Positions 18,236-27,786 of a stretch of DNA of 50,565 nt are shown here, piece by piece. A program made the position numbers and the translations under genes. This stretch comes from Rickettsiales bacterium (lineage in GTDB: Bacteria; Pseudomonadota; Alphaproteobacteria; Rs-D84): assembly GCA_031256175.1 (NCBI GenBank), contig JAIRRC010000016.1:1-50565 (forward strand). The letters run 5' to 3'. Each line of letters opens with the position of its first letter. The first letter of the stretch is position 1. The notes below the pieces were generated by a model. That model did not search any database. It was not told the DNA's origin and was given only the letters and a program-made list of their open reading frames with translations.

Positions 18236-19825
18236 TTATTCCTCGCGGACGGGGAAGGCGCCGGCGTCCAGCATCTTCTTTATTTCGAAATGCTTTATCT
18301 TTTTCGCCGAGGTTTGCGGAAGCTCGTCTTCCGTAATCGCGAAATGTTTCACCCATTTATACGGCGCAATCATCAGGTTCGACGCCTTAATCAGCAGGCT
18401 TACCTTCGCAAGCGTCGTGCCGGGCGCGACTTGGAACACGCCGTAGGCCACGACTTTGCCTTTAATCGTGCGCTCCAACACCGCGGCCGCAAGGATGTCG
18501 TCGTTTTGCAGATACAGGTCTTCAAGCTCGTCCGGATAGACGTTCTTGCCGCTGTCCAGGACGATAATCTGCTTTCTGCGACCTTTCACAATCAGGCGGC
18601 CTTTGCCGTCGATTACGCCCAAGTCGCCGGATTTGAACCAGCCGTTTTCGAAGCTTTCGGCGTTCGCCTGCGGATTGTTCAGATAGCCTTTCATGACCAG
18701 GACGCCTTTAATCCAAATCTCGCCCACACCATTTTTATCCGGATTGTGGATTTTGATTTTGTTCCCGGGAAGCGGGCCAGCCCAATGGGTCTTTCCGTTT
18801 TCCAGCTGGAACTTGAAGTTGAAGTTTCCGGGGCCGGTCGTTTCCGTCAGGCCGAAGCAGTCGCCCACCACGAAGCCCAAACGTTCGAAGAACTTGCGTA
18901 TCGACGGCTTCAATGTCGCGCCGGCGGAAACCAAGACCTTCACGCGGCCGCCGAAGATTTCATGCACCGGCGCTTTGACTTTCCTTACCAATCCGCCAAG
19001 GCCGACCAGTTTCAAAAATCCCTGCGCCGCAAGCACTATGCGCATTATCGTGTATTTCTTCTTTTCCTTGGCGCCCGAGATTATCTTTTTATAGAAACCT
19101 TCCCATACGCGCGGCACCGCCGGTATCACGTGCGGCTTGTATTCCGCGAAGTCCTTCAAGAATTCCTTGGGGTTCAAGACCGGCTGAATCAGCAGCGAAC
19201 AGCGCAGCGCGACCGGCGCGATTATATTTATCACGACGCCGTATATATGATACAGCGGCAGGAAGCCGTAGAACATATAGCCCGGCTTGATGACCGCGCC
19301 GTAAAGCAAAACGCCTTCGGCCAGGCCGACCAGGTTGCCGTGCGTAAGCGGCACGATTTTCGGCGTGCCGGTGGTGCCGGATGTGAACGAAATCTGCGCT
19401 ATGTCCTCGCGGACGACGTCGGCGGCGACGAAGTCATCCTCGTTTTCCGCGTCGGGTTCCTCTATATCAATCATCTTGGTTTCGCCGCCATCGATGAAAT
19501 AGCCTTTCTGCGCCAGGGCCAGTTTGCAGCCCGCGATTTTCATCATGCTTGCGTGTTCGGTTTTGGACAGGCCGGTATCAAGCATAAGCGCCTGCGCGCC
19601 CTGCGACAATATCGCGAAATACGAGACCAGAAATTCCGCCGACGTGCCGGACAGCAACGCCACGCAGTCGCCCTTCTTTATATCGAATTTCTTCGCAAGC
19701 TTAACCGCGCGGATTTTCACCATGCTTAAAAGTTCGGCGTAGGTCTTCTGCGGCCGAACGAAGAAAGTGCTGGCGGCGTTCGATTTGCACGCCTCGGCCA
19801 GGACTTCGTAGATGTTCTTTATCAT
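18236..19825 (-). CDS. Long-chain fatty acid-CoA ligase (AMP-binding family)
   Basis: SFTSGTTGTPK, FGLTET, GWFKSGDLG, KGRRKQIIV..GKNVYPDELE. Confidence 0.92.
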   Translation of the reverse strand: MIKNIYEVLAEACKSNAASTFFVRPQKTYAELLSMVKIRAVKLAKKFDIKKGDCVALLSGTSAEFLVSYFAILSQGAQALMLDTGLSKTEHASMMKIAGCKLALAQKGYFIDGGETKMIDIEEPDAENEDDFVAADVVREDIAQISFTSGTTGTPKIVPLTHGNLVGLAEGVLLYGAVIKPGYMFYGFLPLYHIYGVVINIIAPVALRCSLLIQPVLNPKEFLKDFAEYKPHVIPAVPRVWEGFYKKIISGAKEKKKYTIMRIVLAAQGFLKLVGLGGLVRKVKAPVHEIFGGRVKVLVSAGATLKPSIRKFFERLGFVVGDCFGLTETTGPGNFNFKFQLENGKTHWAGPLPGNKIKIHNPDKNGVGEIWIKGVLVMKGYLNNPQANAESFENGWFKSGDLGVIDGKGRLIVKGRRKQIIVLDSGKNVYPDELEDLYLQNDDILAAAVLERTIKGKVVAYGVFQVAPGTTLAKVSLLIKASNLMIAPYKWVKHFAITEDELPQTSAKKIKHFEIKKMLDAGAFPVREE

Positions 19826-19991
19826 TTAATAGTTTCCTTTTTAGGTTTGTTTTTTGCCAGACCACGCAAGATTAGAACGAATTTTTCCGTCCTGCAATGG
19901 GAAATAATAGTGTTTGACAAAAATGCGGGCAGGTGCTAATGTTCCCATTAAGCCGGGGGTTCGGAGAGAAAAACCTGCAAGGGCAAGAAAC

Positions 19992-20795
19992 ATGACCGAC
20001 AATAAACCGGCGCTCAGCATCGTAAAAATCAGCGGCAAAAAATATGAAAACAAGGCGGACTTCGCGGAAACCGCGGCGGACTTCCATGCGCTTGCCGGAT
20101 ACAAGATATTAAGCCACGGCGCGGGCGTAGGCATTACGGAAGAATTGAAGAAACCCGAATACAGCGGGCTCGCGCTTCCCAATCCGCCCACAAAAGACGG
20201 GCTTCGCATAACGCCGGCCCCCGTTTTGGAAGTCGTCGAAAAAGTCGTGCTTGGCATAAACGAAGACATAACGAACACCCTTAACGGATTCTGCGACGGC
20301 CGCGTGGCTTATGTGGGCCATAAAAAGACCGGAATCTTGGTCAATTCGGAACAGATGCCGAAAGCTGCGGACGGAACGGACTTCGGATTCGTCGGCAAGA
20401 TATATCCGGGCTGCGTGTGTGTTTCCATGATAACCGAATTTCTTAGAAATAGTTTGTATCCGGTCATACACTGCCTGACTTCGAACAAAGACCGCGGCGG
20501 AATATGGAACACGAACGCCGACCATGTCGCCGAGGGAGTCGCCAGGGAACTGGGCAGATTCTTCGAAGTCGTCCTTTACATGCTGTCCGACGTTTCGGGC
20601 GTTCTGGACGCGGACAAGGAAATCATCCCCGAAATAACCAAAGAAAATTATCCGGCGCTTAAAGCGGCCGGCGTCATCACGGACGGCATGGCCGTCAAAT
20701 GCGAATCGATGCTGAACCTGGTCGCGGAAAGCAATATAAGCAAAATCATCATAACCAACAGGATAAGCAACGCCAACAGAACCATCGTAATGTAA
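19992..20795 (+). CDS. argB: Acetylglutamate kinase (divergent)
   Basis: VKISG, SHGAG, DFGFVG, NTNADHVA, LSDVSGVL, ITDGMAVK; ATG 19992. Confidence 0.8.
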   Translation: MTDNKPALSIVKISGKKYENKADFAETAADFHALAGYKILSHGAGVGITEELKKPEYSGLALPNPPTKDGLRITPAPVLEVVEKVVLGINEDITNTLNGFCDGRVAYVGHKKTGILVNSEQMPKAADGTDFGFVGKIYPGCVCVSMITEFLRNSLYPVIHCLTSNKDRGGIWNTNADHVAEGVARELGRFFEVVLYMLSDVSGVLDADKEIIPEITKENYPALKAAGVITDGMAVKCESMLNLVAESNISKIIITNRISNANRTIVM

Positions 20796-20807
20796 GGAGA
20801 GCGCGCC

Positions 20808-23800
20808 ATGCCAAGAAGCATTCACTTTTTCCAAAGCCAGACCGATTACAGGAAAATCTACGCGGTCGAAATCGAAAACGATTTCAATTCCGAAGAAGTC
20901 CGCAGGATGGAATGGCTTACCGGCGGCAAGGAGCTTCTTGAAAAGAGCGTCAAGCTTCACAAGCCGTTCGTCGGAACAATCAAAGAACGCCAAACCCCGC
21001 AATCGTCGTCTTCGACGGAAATCGCGGCGGGAATCGGCCTTGAAAAAATCGGACGCTTCGAGGAATACGCCCTTGCGGATTCGGATAATCCCGAATACGA
21101 CATAATGTTGCAGGAAGTCTATTCCGCGCTGGACCAGGGAATATTCACGACAGACCGAAAGGCCGAGCTGCAAAAGCCCGTCGAAGACATAGAAAAATTC
21201 GGCAAGACGCACGGGCTGGCGTTTTCGAAGGACGAAGTCGCGTATTTGGAAGGCTTGGCGAAAGAATACGGACGCGACCTGACCGACGCCGAAGTATATT
21301 GCTTCGCACAGGCGAATTCCGAGCACTGCCGCCATAAAATCTTCAACGCCGAATGGGAAATCGACGGCGAGAAACAGCCCAGCACCTTGTTCAGCATGAT
21401 AAAGGAAACGACCCTGGACCCGAACAGCCCCACCGGATACAAGGGCCTTGTGACCAACGCCTATAAAGACAACGCCGCGGCATTCAAAGGCTTTCACATG
21501 ATGCAATGGGTGAACGACGTCCTTGGCAATGCGGTCAAGAAGGAAACGGACGCCAACATCATCGCGAAAGCCGAAACGCACAACCATCCGACCGCGGTGT
21601 CCCCGGAACCCGGCGCGGCGACAGGAAGCGGCGGCGAAATCCGCGACAGGATATGCGTCGGGACGGGCTCGCACCCGTTGTCGGGAACGCTGGCGATTAT
21701 GACCAACAATTTGGATTGCGAATGGGAGCCGCTGTTCTCGTCCCCGGCGAAAATCCTGATAGAGGGCACGAACGGCGCGGCGCGCTTCTGCAACGAATAC
21801 GGGCAGCCGAACGTGAATTTCCGCGCCCTGACCTTCAACTATTCCGAATTCATCAACGGGAAGCAAATCAATTTCGGATACGGAAAGCCCGTGCTTCTCG
21901 CGGGCGGGACCGGATACGTCGACGAAAAGGACGCGCAGAAGGACGAAAGCCTTGTCGAAGAAGGCATGGTGATAGTAATGCTTGGCGGACCGAATTTCCT
22001 TATCGGCATGGGCGGCGGTTCCGCCGCGTCGGTCGCGGGCGGCACGCTGGATAAAAAAATAGACCGCTCGTCCGTCCAGCGCCATAATCCGGAAATGCAG
22101 GCGCGCTGCTACCGCGCTGTCCGCAGCTTCAAGGCTTCGGGCGGAGAGATAGTATCGATACACGACCACGGCGCAGGCGGACACTACAACTGCTTCGTCG
22201 AATTGGTGGAGGCGAAAGGCGGCAAAATATACATTTACAAGCTTCCCATCGGCGACCCGACTTTGTCGCCCATGCAGATTCTCGCCAACGAATCGCAAGA
22301 GCGCTTCGGCCTTCTTCTGCGCAAGTCGCAGCTTGAACTTTTCATGAAATGCGCGAAGCGCGAAGTCGCGCCGGCCCGCGACGTCGGGAGCATAACCGGC
22401 GACCATAGGTTCGTGTTCGAAAACGCCGACGGCACGCGCGCAGTCGACATGCCGCTGGCGGACATATTGAAGAATCCGCCCAAGACACTTATGACGGACA
22501 AAAGGATAAAATACGATTTTGCGCCCGTGAAATACGACGATTCGCGGGATTTCGAGAAAAACCTTATCAAGACGCTGGGGATGGTTTCGGTCGGAAGCAC
22601 CGACTGGTGGACCAACAAGGCCGACCGCTGCGTCAGCGGGCTTGTTCTGCAACAGCAATGCGTCGGCGAATTGCAGCTGCCGATATGCAACTACGGAATA
22701 ACGGCGTGCGATTACGAAACCGACGCCGGCACGGCGAGCACGATGGGATTCGCGCCGATAGCTTCGCTTATAGATTCGAAGGCGGGGACCCGTCTTGCGA
22801 TTCTCGACGCTATTCTGCCGCTGGCCTTCACGCCCGTCCGGGACGGATTGGAAAGCGTCATATTGTCGGCCAACTGGATGTGGCCTTGCGGGAACGAGGG
22901 CGAGAACGCGCGCCTTTACGACGCCGTGCAGGAAACCCGCGACACGTGCCTTGCCCTCGGCGTCAAGGTTCCGACCGGGAAAGACTCGCTCTCCATGACG
23001 CAGACATTGAAGGATAAAACCAGGGTCATGTCGCCCGGAACATCGGTCGTGTCCGCTTGGGCGGTCGCGGAAGGAATAGACAAGAAAGTCCTTCCCGTCA
23101 TGGACACCGAAACCGATTCATTCATAGTGCATCTGGACATGTCGGGATGTCCGGCCGCGCTTGGCGGGTCGGCCTTCGCGCAGTCGCTCGGCTTCGTCGG
23201 AAACGACGCGCCGGACGGCCAGGACATGGAACTTTTCAAGAAGGCGTTCGCCGCGGTTCAGGAAGCGTTGCAAAAAGGCCTTATACTTGCCGGGAACAAT
23301 ATCTCTTCCGGCGGGCTAATCGCCGCGCTGCTTAAAATGACCTTCGCGAACACAAGCGGCGGAATCGCCATAGGACCATACACACAGGACGCCGACATAT
23401 CCAAGAAGATGTTCGCGGAAAATCCCGGCGTCGTCATGCAGGTCGCGCGAAAGGACTTCCCCGCCTTCGCCGAGACAATGCGGAGGCACGGCGTCGGCCG
23501 CCAGTGCGAGCCAATCGCCCATCCCATCCGCGACAGGAAGCTTGTTATAGAGCAGGCCGGCCGGAATATCGAGATGGACATAGACGAGCTTCGCGACGCT
23601 TGGCACGCCCCGTCGGCAAGGCTGGAAGCCTTCCAGAACAAATGCGCGGACGAACGCAAAAAGAATATCTTCAAGCAGCCGCTTGTCGTAAACGACGCCG
23701 CGCGCAAGATGAAGTCGGTCAATATCATAAATCCGTCGGCCAGAAAAACGACTTGCGCGGTCATCCGCGAAAAAGGTGTCAACGGCGAAATCGAAATGCA

Positions 23801-24476
23801 GCGCGCCGCGGAACTGGGCGGATTCGACAGGGTCCTCGACATAACCATGACCGACCTTATGGACGGAACCAAGGATTTCTCGGGCGTCAACGCAATCATC
23901 TTCGCGGGCGGATTCTCCAACGCGGACGCGCTGGGCGCAGGAAAGGGCTGGGCCGCCAAGTTCCGCTTCGACGGACCCGCGCACGACGCGCTGGTCAATT
24001 TCTTCAACCGCGGCGACACCCTGGCTTACGGCGTATGCAACGGCTGTCAGGCCATGTTGGAGCTTTGGGATTTGTTCGGCGGCGGCGCGCCGGCGCCCAT
24101 GCAAAGGAACGATTCCGGCAAGTTCGAATCGTCGTGTGTTTCCGTCATTATACCCGACAATACATCCGCCATATTCGGGCCGCTGGCCGGCGTCGCGAAT
24201 CCCATCCATGTCAACAACGGAGAAGGCAAGTTCAAGCTGGACCATCTGCGCGAAGGCGTGGACTATCAGGTCGTTATGAAATGCTTGGAAAAGGAATATC
24301 CCGGCAATTTCAGCGGGAATCCGGACGGCATCGTCGGCATCGCGAGTCCGGACGGCCGCGCAAACGCGACAATGCCCCATCCCGAGCGCGGCGTCCTGAA
24401 AAGGCAGCTGTTCTATGGCAAGGCCGAGACGTGGATGCCGGTATTCATCAATATGCACAACTATTTCACAAAATAA
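20808..24476 (+). CDS. purL: Phosphoribosylformylglycinamidine synthase, large single-chain type
   Basis: QANSEHCRHKIFNA, KAETHNHPT, HDHGAGG, GKDSLSM; fused glutaminase domain with GVCNGCQ and MPHPER. Confidence 0.97.
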   Translation: MPRSIHFFQSQTDYRKIYAVEIENDFNSEEVRRMEWLTGGKELLEKSVKLHKPFVGTIKERQTPQSSSSTEIAAGIGLEKIGRFEEYALADSDNPEYDIMLQEVYSALDQGIFTTDRKAELQKPVEDIEKFGKTHGLAFSKDEVAYLEGLAKEYGRDLTDAEVYCFAQANSEHCRHKIFNAEWEIDGEKQPSTLFSMIKETTLDPNSPTGYKGLVTNAYKDNAAAFKGFHMMQWVNDVLGNAVKKETDANIIAKAETHNHPTAVSPEPGAATGSGGEIRDRICVGTGSHPLSGTLAIMTNNLDCEWEPLFSSPAKILIEGTNGAARFCNEYGQPNVNFRALTFNYSEFINGKQINFGYGKPVLLAGGTGYVDEKDAQKDESLVEEGMVIVMLGGPNFLIGMGGGSAASVAGGTLDKKIDRSSVQRHNPEMQARCYRAVRSFKASGGEIVSIHDHGAGGHYNCFVELVEAKGGKIYIYKLPIGDPTLSPMQILANESQERFGLLLRKSQLELFMKCAKREVAPARDVGSITGDHRFVFENADGTRAVDMPLADILKNPPKTLMTDKRIKYDFAPVKYDDSRDFEKNLIKTLGMVSVGSTDWWTNKADRCVSGLVLQQQCVGELQLPICNYGITACDYETDAGTASTMGFAPIASLIDSKAGTRLAILDAILPLAFTPVRDGLESVILSANWMWPCGNEGENARLYDAVQETRDTCLALGVKVPTGKDSLSMTQTLKDKTRVMSPGTSVVSAWAVAEGIDKKVLPVMDTETDSFIVHLDMSGCPAALGGSAFAQSLGFVGNDAPDGQDMELFKKAFAAVQEALQKGLILAGNNISSGGLIAALLKMTFANTSGGIAIGPYTQDADISKKMFAENPGVVMQVARKDFPAFAETMRRHGVGRQCEPIAHPIRDRKLVIEQAGRNIEMDIDELRDAWHAPSARLEAFQNKCADERKKNIFKQPLVVNDAARKMKSVNIINPSARKTTCAVIREKGVNGEIEMQRAAELGGFDRVLDITMTDLMDGTKDFSGVNAIIFAGGFSNADALGAGKGWAAKFRFDGPAHDALVNFFNRGDTLAYGVCNGCQAMLELWDLFGGGAPAPMQRNDSGKFESSCVSVIIPDNTSAIFGPLAGVANPIHVNNGEGKFKLDHLREGVDYQVVMKCLEKEYPGNFSGNPDGIVGIASPDGRANATMPHPERGVLKRQLFYGKAETWMPVFINMHNYFTK

Positions 24477-24489
24477 AAGGAGAAAAACA

Positions 24490-26139
24490 ATGAAAAGAGC
24501 AGGAACGGCGCTGATAAGCGTTTATGATAAAACCGGGGTAGTCGAATTCGCCCGCGAACTTTACCGCCTTGGCTACGACATACTTTCCAGCGGCGGAACA
24601 TACGCCGTTTTGAAAGAAGCGCAAATCCCGTGCAAGGAAGTGTCCGAATACACCGGCGTGCCGGAGTCCCCGGACGGCCTGGTCAAAACCATCAATCCGA
24701 AAATCGAATTCGGAATCATGGCCAATCCGAACGACCCGGAGCACGTGAAATATCTGAACAAAATCAAAGCGCGCAAAATCGACCTTGTATGCTGCAATTT
24801 TTATCCGGCAGAAGACGCCCTTTCGAAAGTGTCCGCGCTTGCCGACGGGAACGAAAAAGCCGACCCGTCCATCATCAAGAACTGGGACATCGGCGGTCCG
24901 CTTATGGCGCGCGCCGCGGCCAAGAAGCACGAATACTGCCTGCCGGTCGTCGACCCGGCCGATTACGATGAAACTTTGGAAGCCATAAGGAACGAACAGC
25001 TTGGCAAAGGTGAAATCCCCTATTCATTCCGCCGCGCCTTGGCCGCCAAGGTCGTAGCCGAGACTTCCTATTACGACGGCCTTATCGCCGACTATATGGA
25101 GCCCGAAAAGTTCCCGGCCAAGAAAACCATCCCCCTTAAAAAAGTCGACACCGAAATCCGCTATGCGGAAAATCCCCATCAGAAGGGCGCGCTTTACCAC
25201 AATGCAATCGACGGCGGCAAGGGCTTGGCCATAAACGCCAAACAGCTGCACGGAAAGGCTTTGTCATACAACAACTACCTTGACCTGGACGCGGCGAAAA
25301 AGTTCATCGAAGAATTCGCCAGCGACAGGCCCATGTGCAACATAGCCAAGCACAACAACACCTGCGGCGCCGCAATCGGCGACACTTTGCTGGAAGCGTA
25401 TCAAAAGGCCTTCGTCTGCGACCCGCTTTCCGCGTTCGGCGGAATCATGTCATTCAACAAGATGGTCGATGTCGAAACCGCAAAGGAAATAGTGTATGTG
25501 AACAAGCATTTCGTCGAGTGCATAATCGCTCCGGGATATTCCGCCGGCGCATTGCAAGTGCTGAAAACCAAGAAAGATCTTCGTCTTGTTGAACAGCCCG
25601 CCGCGTATGAGATTCCGTCCAACATCATATTCAAAGCCATCGACGGCGGAATGCTGGCGCAGGAAAGGGACACCAAACTTTACGACCAGCTTGAAATCGT
25701 ATCCAAGCGCCGGCCGACGCCGGACGAAATGGAAGCCATGCTGTTCGCGTGGCGCGCCTGCAAGCCGACCAAGTCGAACGGCATAATCGTCGGCCGCGGC
25801 CAGCAGCTTGTCGGCGTCGGAACCGGCCAGCAGAGCCGCATCGATTCCCTCGAAATCGCAATCAAGAGAATGATGAAGATGCAGGGCAGCAGGGGCGGAG
25901 TAGCCAGAAAGCTTATCAAGCTTGCCACCAAGATTCATCTTATGGCGCCGGAAGCGCCGCTTGTCATGGCGTCCGACGCCTTCTTCCCGTTCCCGGACTG
26001 CGTCGAAGTCTTCGCCGAATACGGCGGAAGCGCCGTCATTTGGACGGGCGGTTCGATGAACGACCCAAAGGTCGTCAAGGCTGCCGATAAGCGCGGCATT
26101 GCCATGGTTAAGACCCACACGCGCCACTTCGCGCACTAA
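24490..26139 (+). CDS. purH: Bifunctional AICAR transformylase/IMP cyclohydrolase
   Basis: ALISVYDKTG, DIGGP, RYAENPHQ, GKALSYNNYLD, ASDAFFPFPD, RHFAH. Confidence 0.95.
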   Translation: MKRAGTALISVYDKTGVVEFARELYRLGYDILSSGGTYAVLKEAQIPCKEVSEYTGVPESPDGLVKTINPKIEFGIMANPNDPEHVKYLNKIKARKIDLVCCNFYPAEDALSKVSALADGNEKADPSIIKNWDIGGPLMARAAAKKHEYCLPVVDPADYDETLEAIRNEQLGKGEIPYSFRRALAAKVVAETSYYDGLIADYMEPEKFPAKKTIPLKKVDTEIRYAENPHQKGALYHNAIDGGKGLAINAKQLHGKALSYNNYLDLDAAKKFIEEFASDRPMCNIAKHNNTCGAAIGDTLLEAYQKAFVCDPLSAFGGIMSFNKMVDVETAKEIVYVNKHFVECIIAPGYSAGALQVLKTKKDLRLVEQPAAYEIPSNIIFKAIDGGMLAQERDTKLYDQLEIVSKRRPTPDEMEAMLFAWRACKPTKSNGIIVGRGQQLVGVGTGQQSRIDSLEIAIKRMMKMQGSRGGVARKLIKLATKIHLMAPEAPLVMASDAFFPFPDCVEVFAEYGGSAVIWTGGSMNDPKVVKAADKRGIAMVKTHTRHFAH

Positions 26140-26154
26140 TGAAAGGAAACTAAA

Positions 26155-27153
26155 ATGGAAATGACAACTTTCGCGATAAGCAGCCTTGGAAACATAGGCG
26201 AGGCCGTCTATGAAACCTATATCAAAGACTGCGAATACTGCATGGACAACGGCGAAGAAATGGACATGAAGCTGGTCGGAATAATCCGCCGCAACGCCAG
26301 GTCCGGCGAAACTTATTTCGACACCCCGGTCGTAAGCGACGTCGGCAATCTGGAAGCATCGCCGGACGTCGTCATTTGCTGCGCGCCTTCCGACGTCGTC
26401 ATGACCTATGTCTATAAATACGTAGGCGCCGGATATTCCATCGTCGACTGCTACGACGCGCACGAGAATATCTACGACAACCACGGGAAGATAAGCGCGA
26501 TTGCGAAAAAGAACCGCTGCGTCGCCCTTCACACGACCGGATGGGACCCGGGTCTGTATTCGACCGAACGCAGCATCGCATACCGCATCAATCCGTTCAC
26601 CAAGCCGACCACCAACTACGGCGTCGGGCGCAGCATGGGACACACGACCCAGGCCAAGGGAATAATGGTCGAATTCGGAATCACCGACCCAAGGGCCGTT
26701 TCCATAACCAGCCACTTCAAGACCGAGGCGGGAATTCTTGTCCCGGGCAAGCATCAGCGCGACCTTTATATCGAGCTGCCGGACTGGTTCGCCCAAAAAG
26801 ACGAGCTGAAAGCCGCGCTTCTTTCCGACGACTATTTCGCGACCATAACGAAAAGCGGAAAGGAAAAGCCCCAGCACACCGACATCCATGTCGTGGACAG
26901 CATCGCGCCTTACGACACGATGCGCCACGGCGGATATATGCTTAGCGATGGGGGGGGGTATGCCAAGATGGAAGTTGCTCTGGACGGCGACAATCCGACC
27001 ATGACATCGCGCATGATGTATTCCGGCGCCAGGGCAGTCGCAAGGCTGGAAAAGGAAATGCGCTTCGGCTGCTATCTGGATCCGCAAATCGCGCCGCTGG
27101 ACTTCGTCAAGGGCGAGGCGCTGAAAGACCGCATGCAGCGCGTGTTCCTGTAA
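26155..27153 (+). CDS. ddh: meso-diaminopimelate D-dehydrogenase-like protein
   Basis: GWDPGLYS, TNYGVGRSMGHT, HGG, DNPTMTSRMM resemble Ddh motifs. Confidence 0.8.
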   Translation: MEMTTFAISSLGNIGEAVYETYIKDCEYCMDNGEEMDMKLVGIIRRNARSGETYFDTPVVSDVGNLEASPDVVICCAPSDVVMTYVYKYVGAGYSIVDCYDAHENIYDNHGKISAIAKKNRCVALHTTGWDPGLYSTERSIAYRINPFTKPTTNYGVGRSMGHTTQAKGIMVEFGITDPRAVSITSHFKTEAGILVPGKHQRDLYIELPDWFAQKDELKAALLSDDYFATITKSGKEKPQHTDIHVVDSIAPYDTMRHGGYMLSDGGGYAKMEVALDGDNPTMTSRMMYSGARAVARLEKEMRFGCYLDPQIAPLDFVKGEALKDRMQRVFL

Positions 27154-27154
27154 T

Positions 27155-27736
27155 CTAGAAGTTCCTAAGCAGCGCAAGGCCGAAGAAATTATACGAGCCG
27201 TTGTTCGGCGACAAGTTCCCATTCGAAAAATGCTGGGTGAATATTTCGGCCGCCCAGCTTTCCGATATTCCATACCCGACAAACATCTTCAATCCGAACA
27301 TATAGCGCGAATCCTGCCTTTCGTCCCTTTCGTATTTCATGAAGGCGCCGATTCCGCCCCCTAAATAAAAATCGTTCCATGTCATGACCGCCGCGTCCAT
27401 CGACAGGCCCGCCTGCGGCCAGGAATAATTCTTCCAGCATTCGTCGTCCTTGTCGCCCCAGCCCATCGTCGTGCCGACGTGTATGTTCTGCCGCGCCGGA
27501 AGCCTGAAAAACGTCGCGGGCTGGCTGTATTGGAACATCGTCCAGCCGAACGGCGTTATGTCCCAAAAATCGGGCTGGATGCTGCCGCCGCCCGTGCCTT
27601 GGCCGAAATAAATTCCCATCTGGTTGTCGGTTCCTTTGAAAAATGGCGCAGGCTCTGCGCTTAGAAAATGGAAGTCCGCGCGGGCCGCGCTAATTCCCAT
27701 TGCAAAAGCCGCCGAAAATATTATAATTCTTCTCAT
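27155..27736 (-). CDS. Acyloxyacyl hydrolase / PagL-like outer-membrane beta-barrel
   Basis: Signal peptide; QHFSNGNLSPNNGSYN His-Ser motif; C-terminal Phe. Confidence 0.75.
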   Translation of the reverse strand: MRRIIIFSAAFAMGISAARADFHFLSAEPAPFFKGTDNQMGIYFGQGTGGGSIQPDFWDITPFGWTMFQYSQPATFFRLPARQNIHVGTTMGWGDKDDECWKNYSWPQAGLSMDAAVMTWNDFYLGGGIGAFMKYERDERQDSRYMFGLKMFVGYGISESWAAEIFTQHFSNGNLSPNNGSYNFFGLALLRNF

Positions 27737-27786
27737 GCGGGAAACTTAGCCGCGCGGAACGGGTTTAACAAGAGGACAGAATTCCG

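Noticed and set aside
19826-19991. Riboswitch (ZTP, purine or lysine) in front of the argB-purL-purH-ddh operon or purF
   Set aside because: Leaders are short and I could not identify conserved aptamer motifs; an Rfam scan would be needed to exclude it fully.
20109-22658. Long antisense or alternate-frame ORFs (also 51..560, 17741..19729, 25450..27282, 38767..40356, 46706..48184)
   Set aside because: Shadows of well-supported genes in GC-rich DNA; no motifs or ribosome-binding sites.
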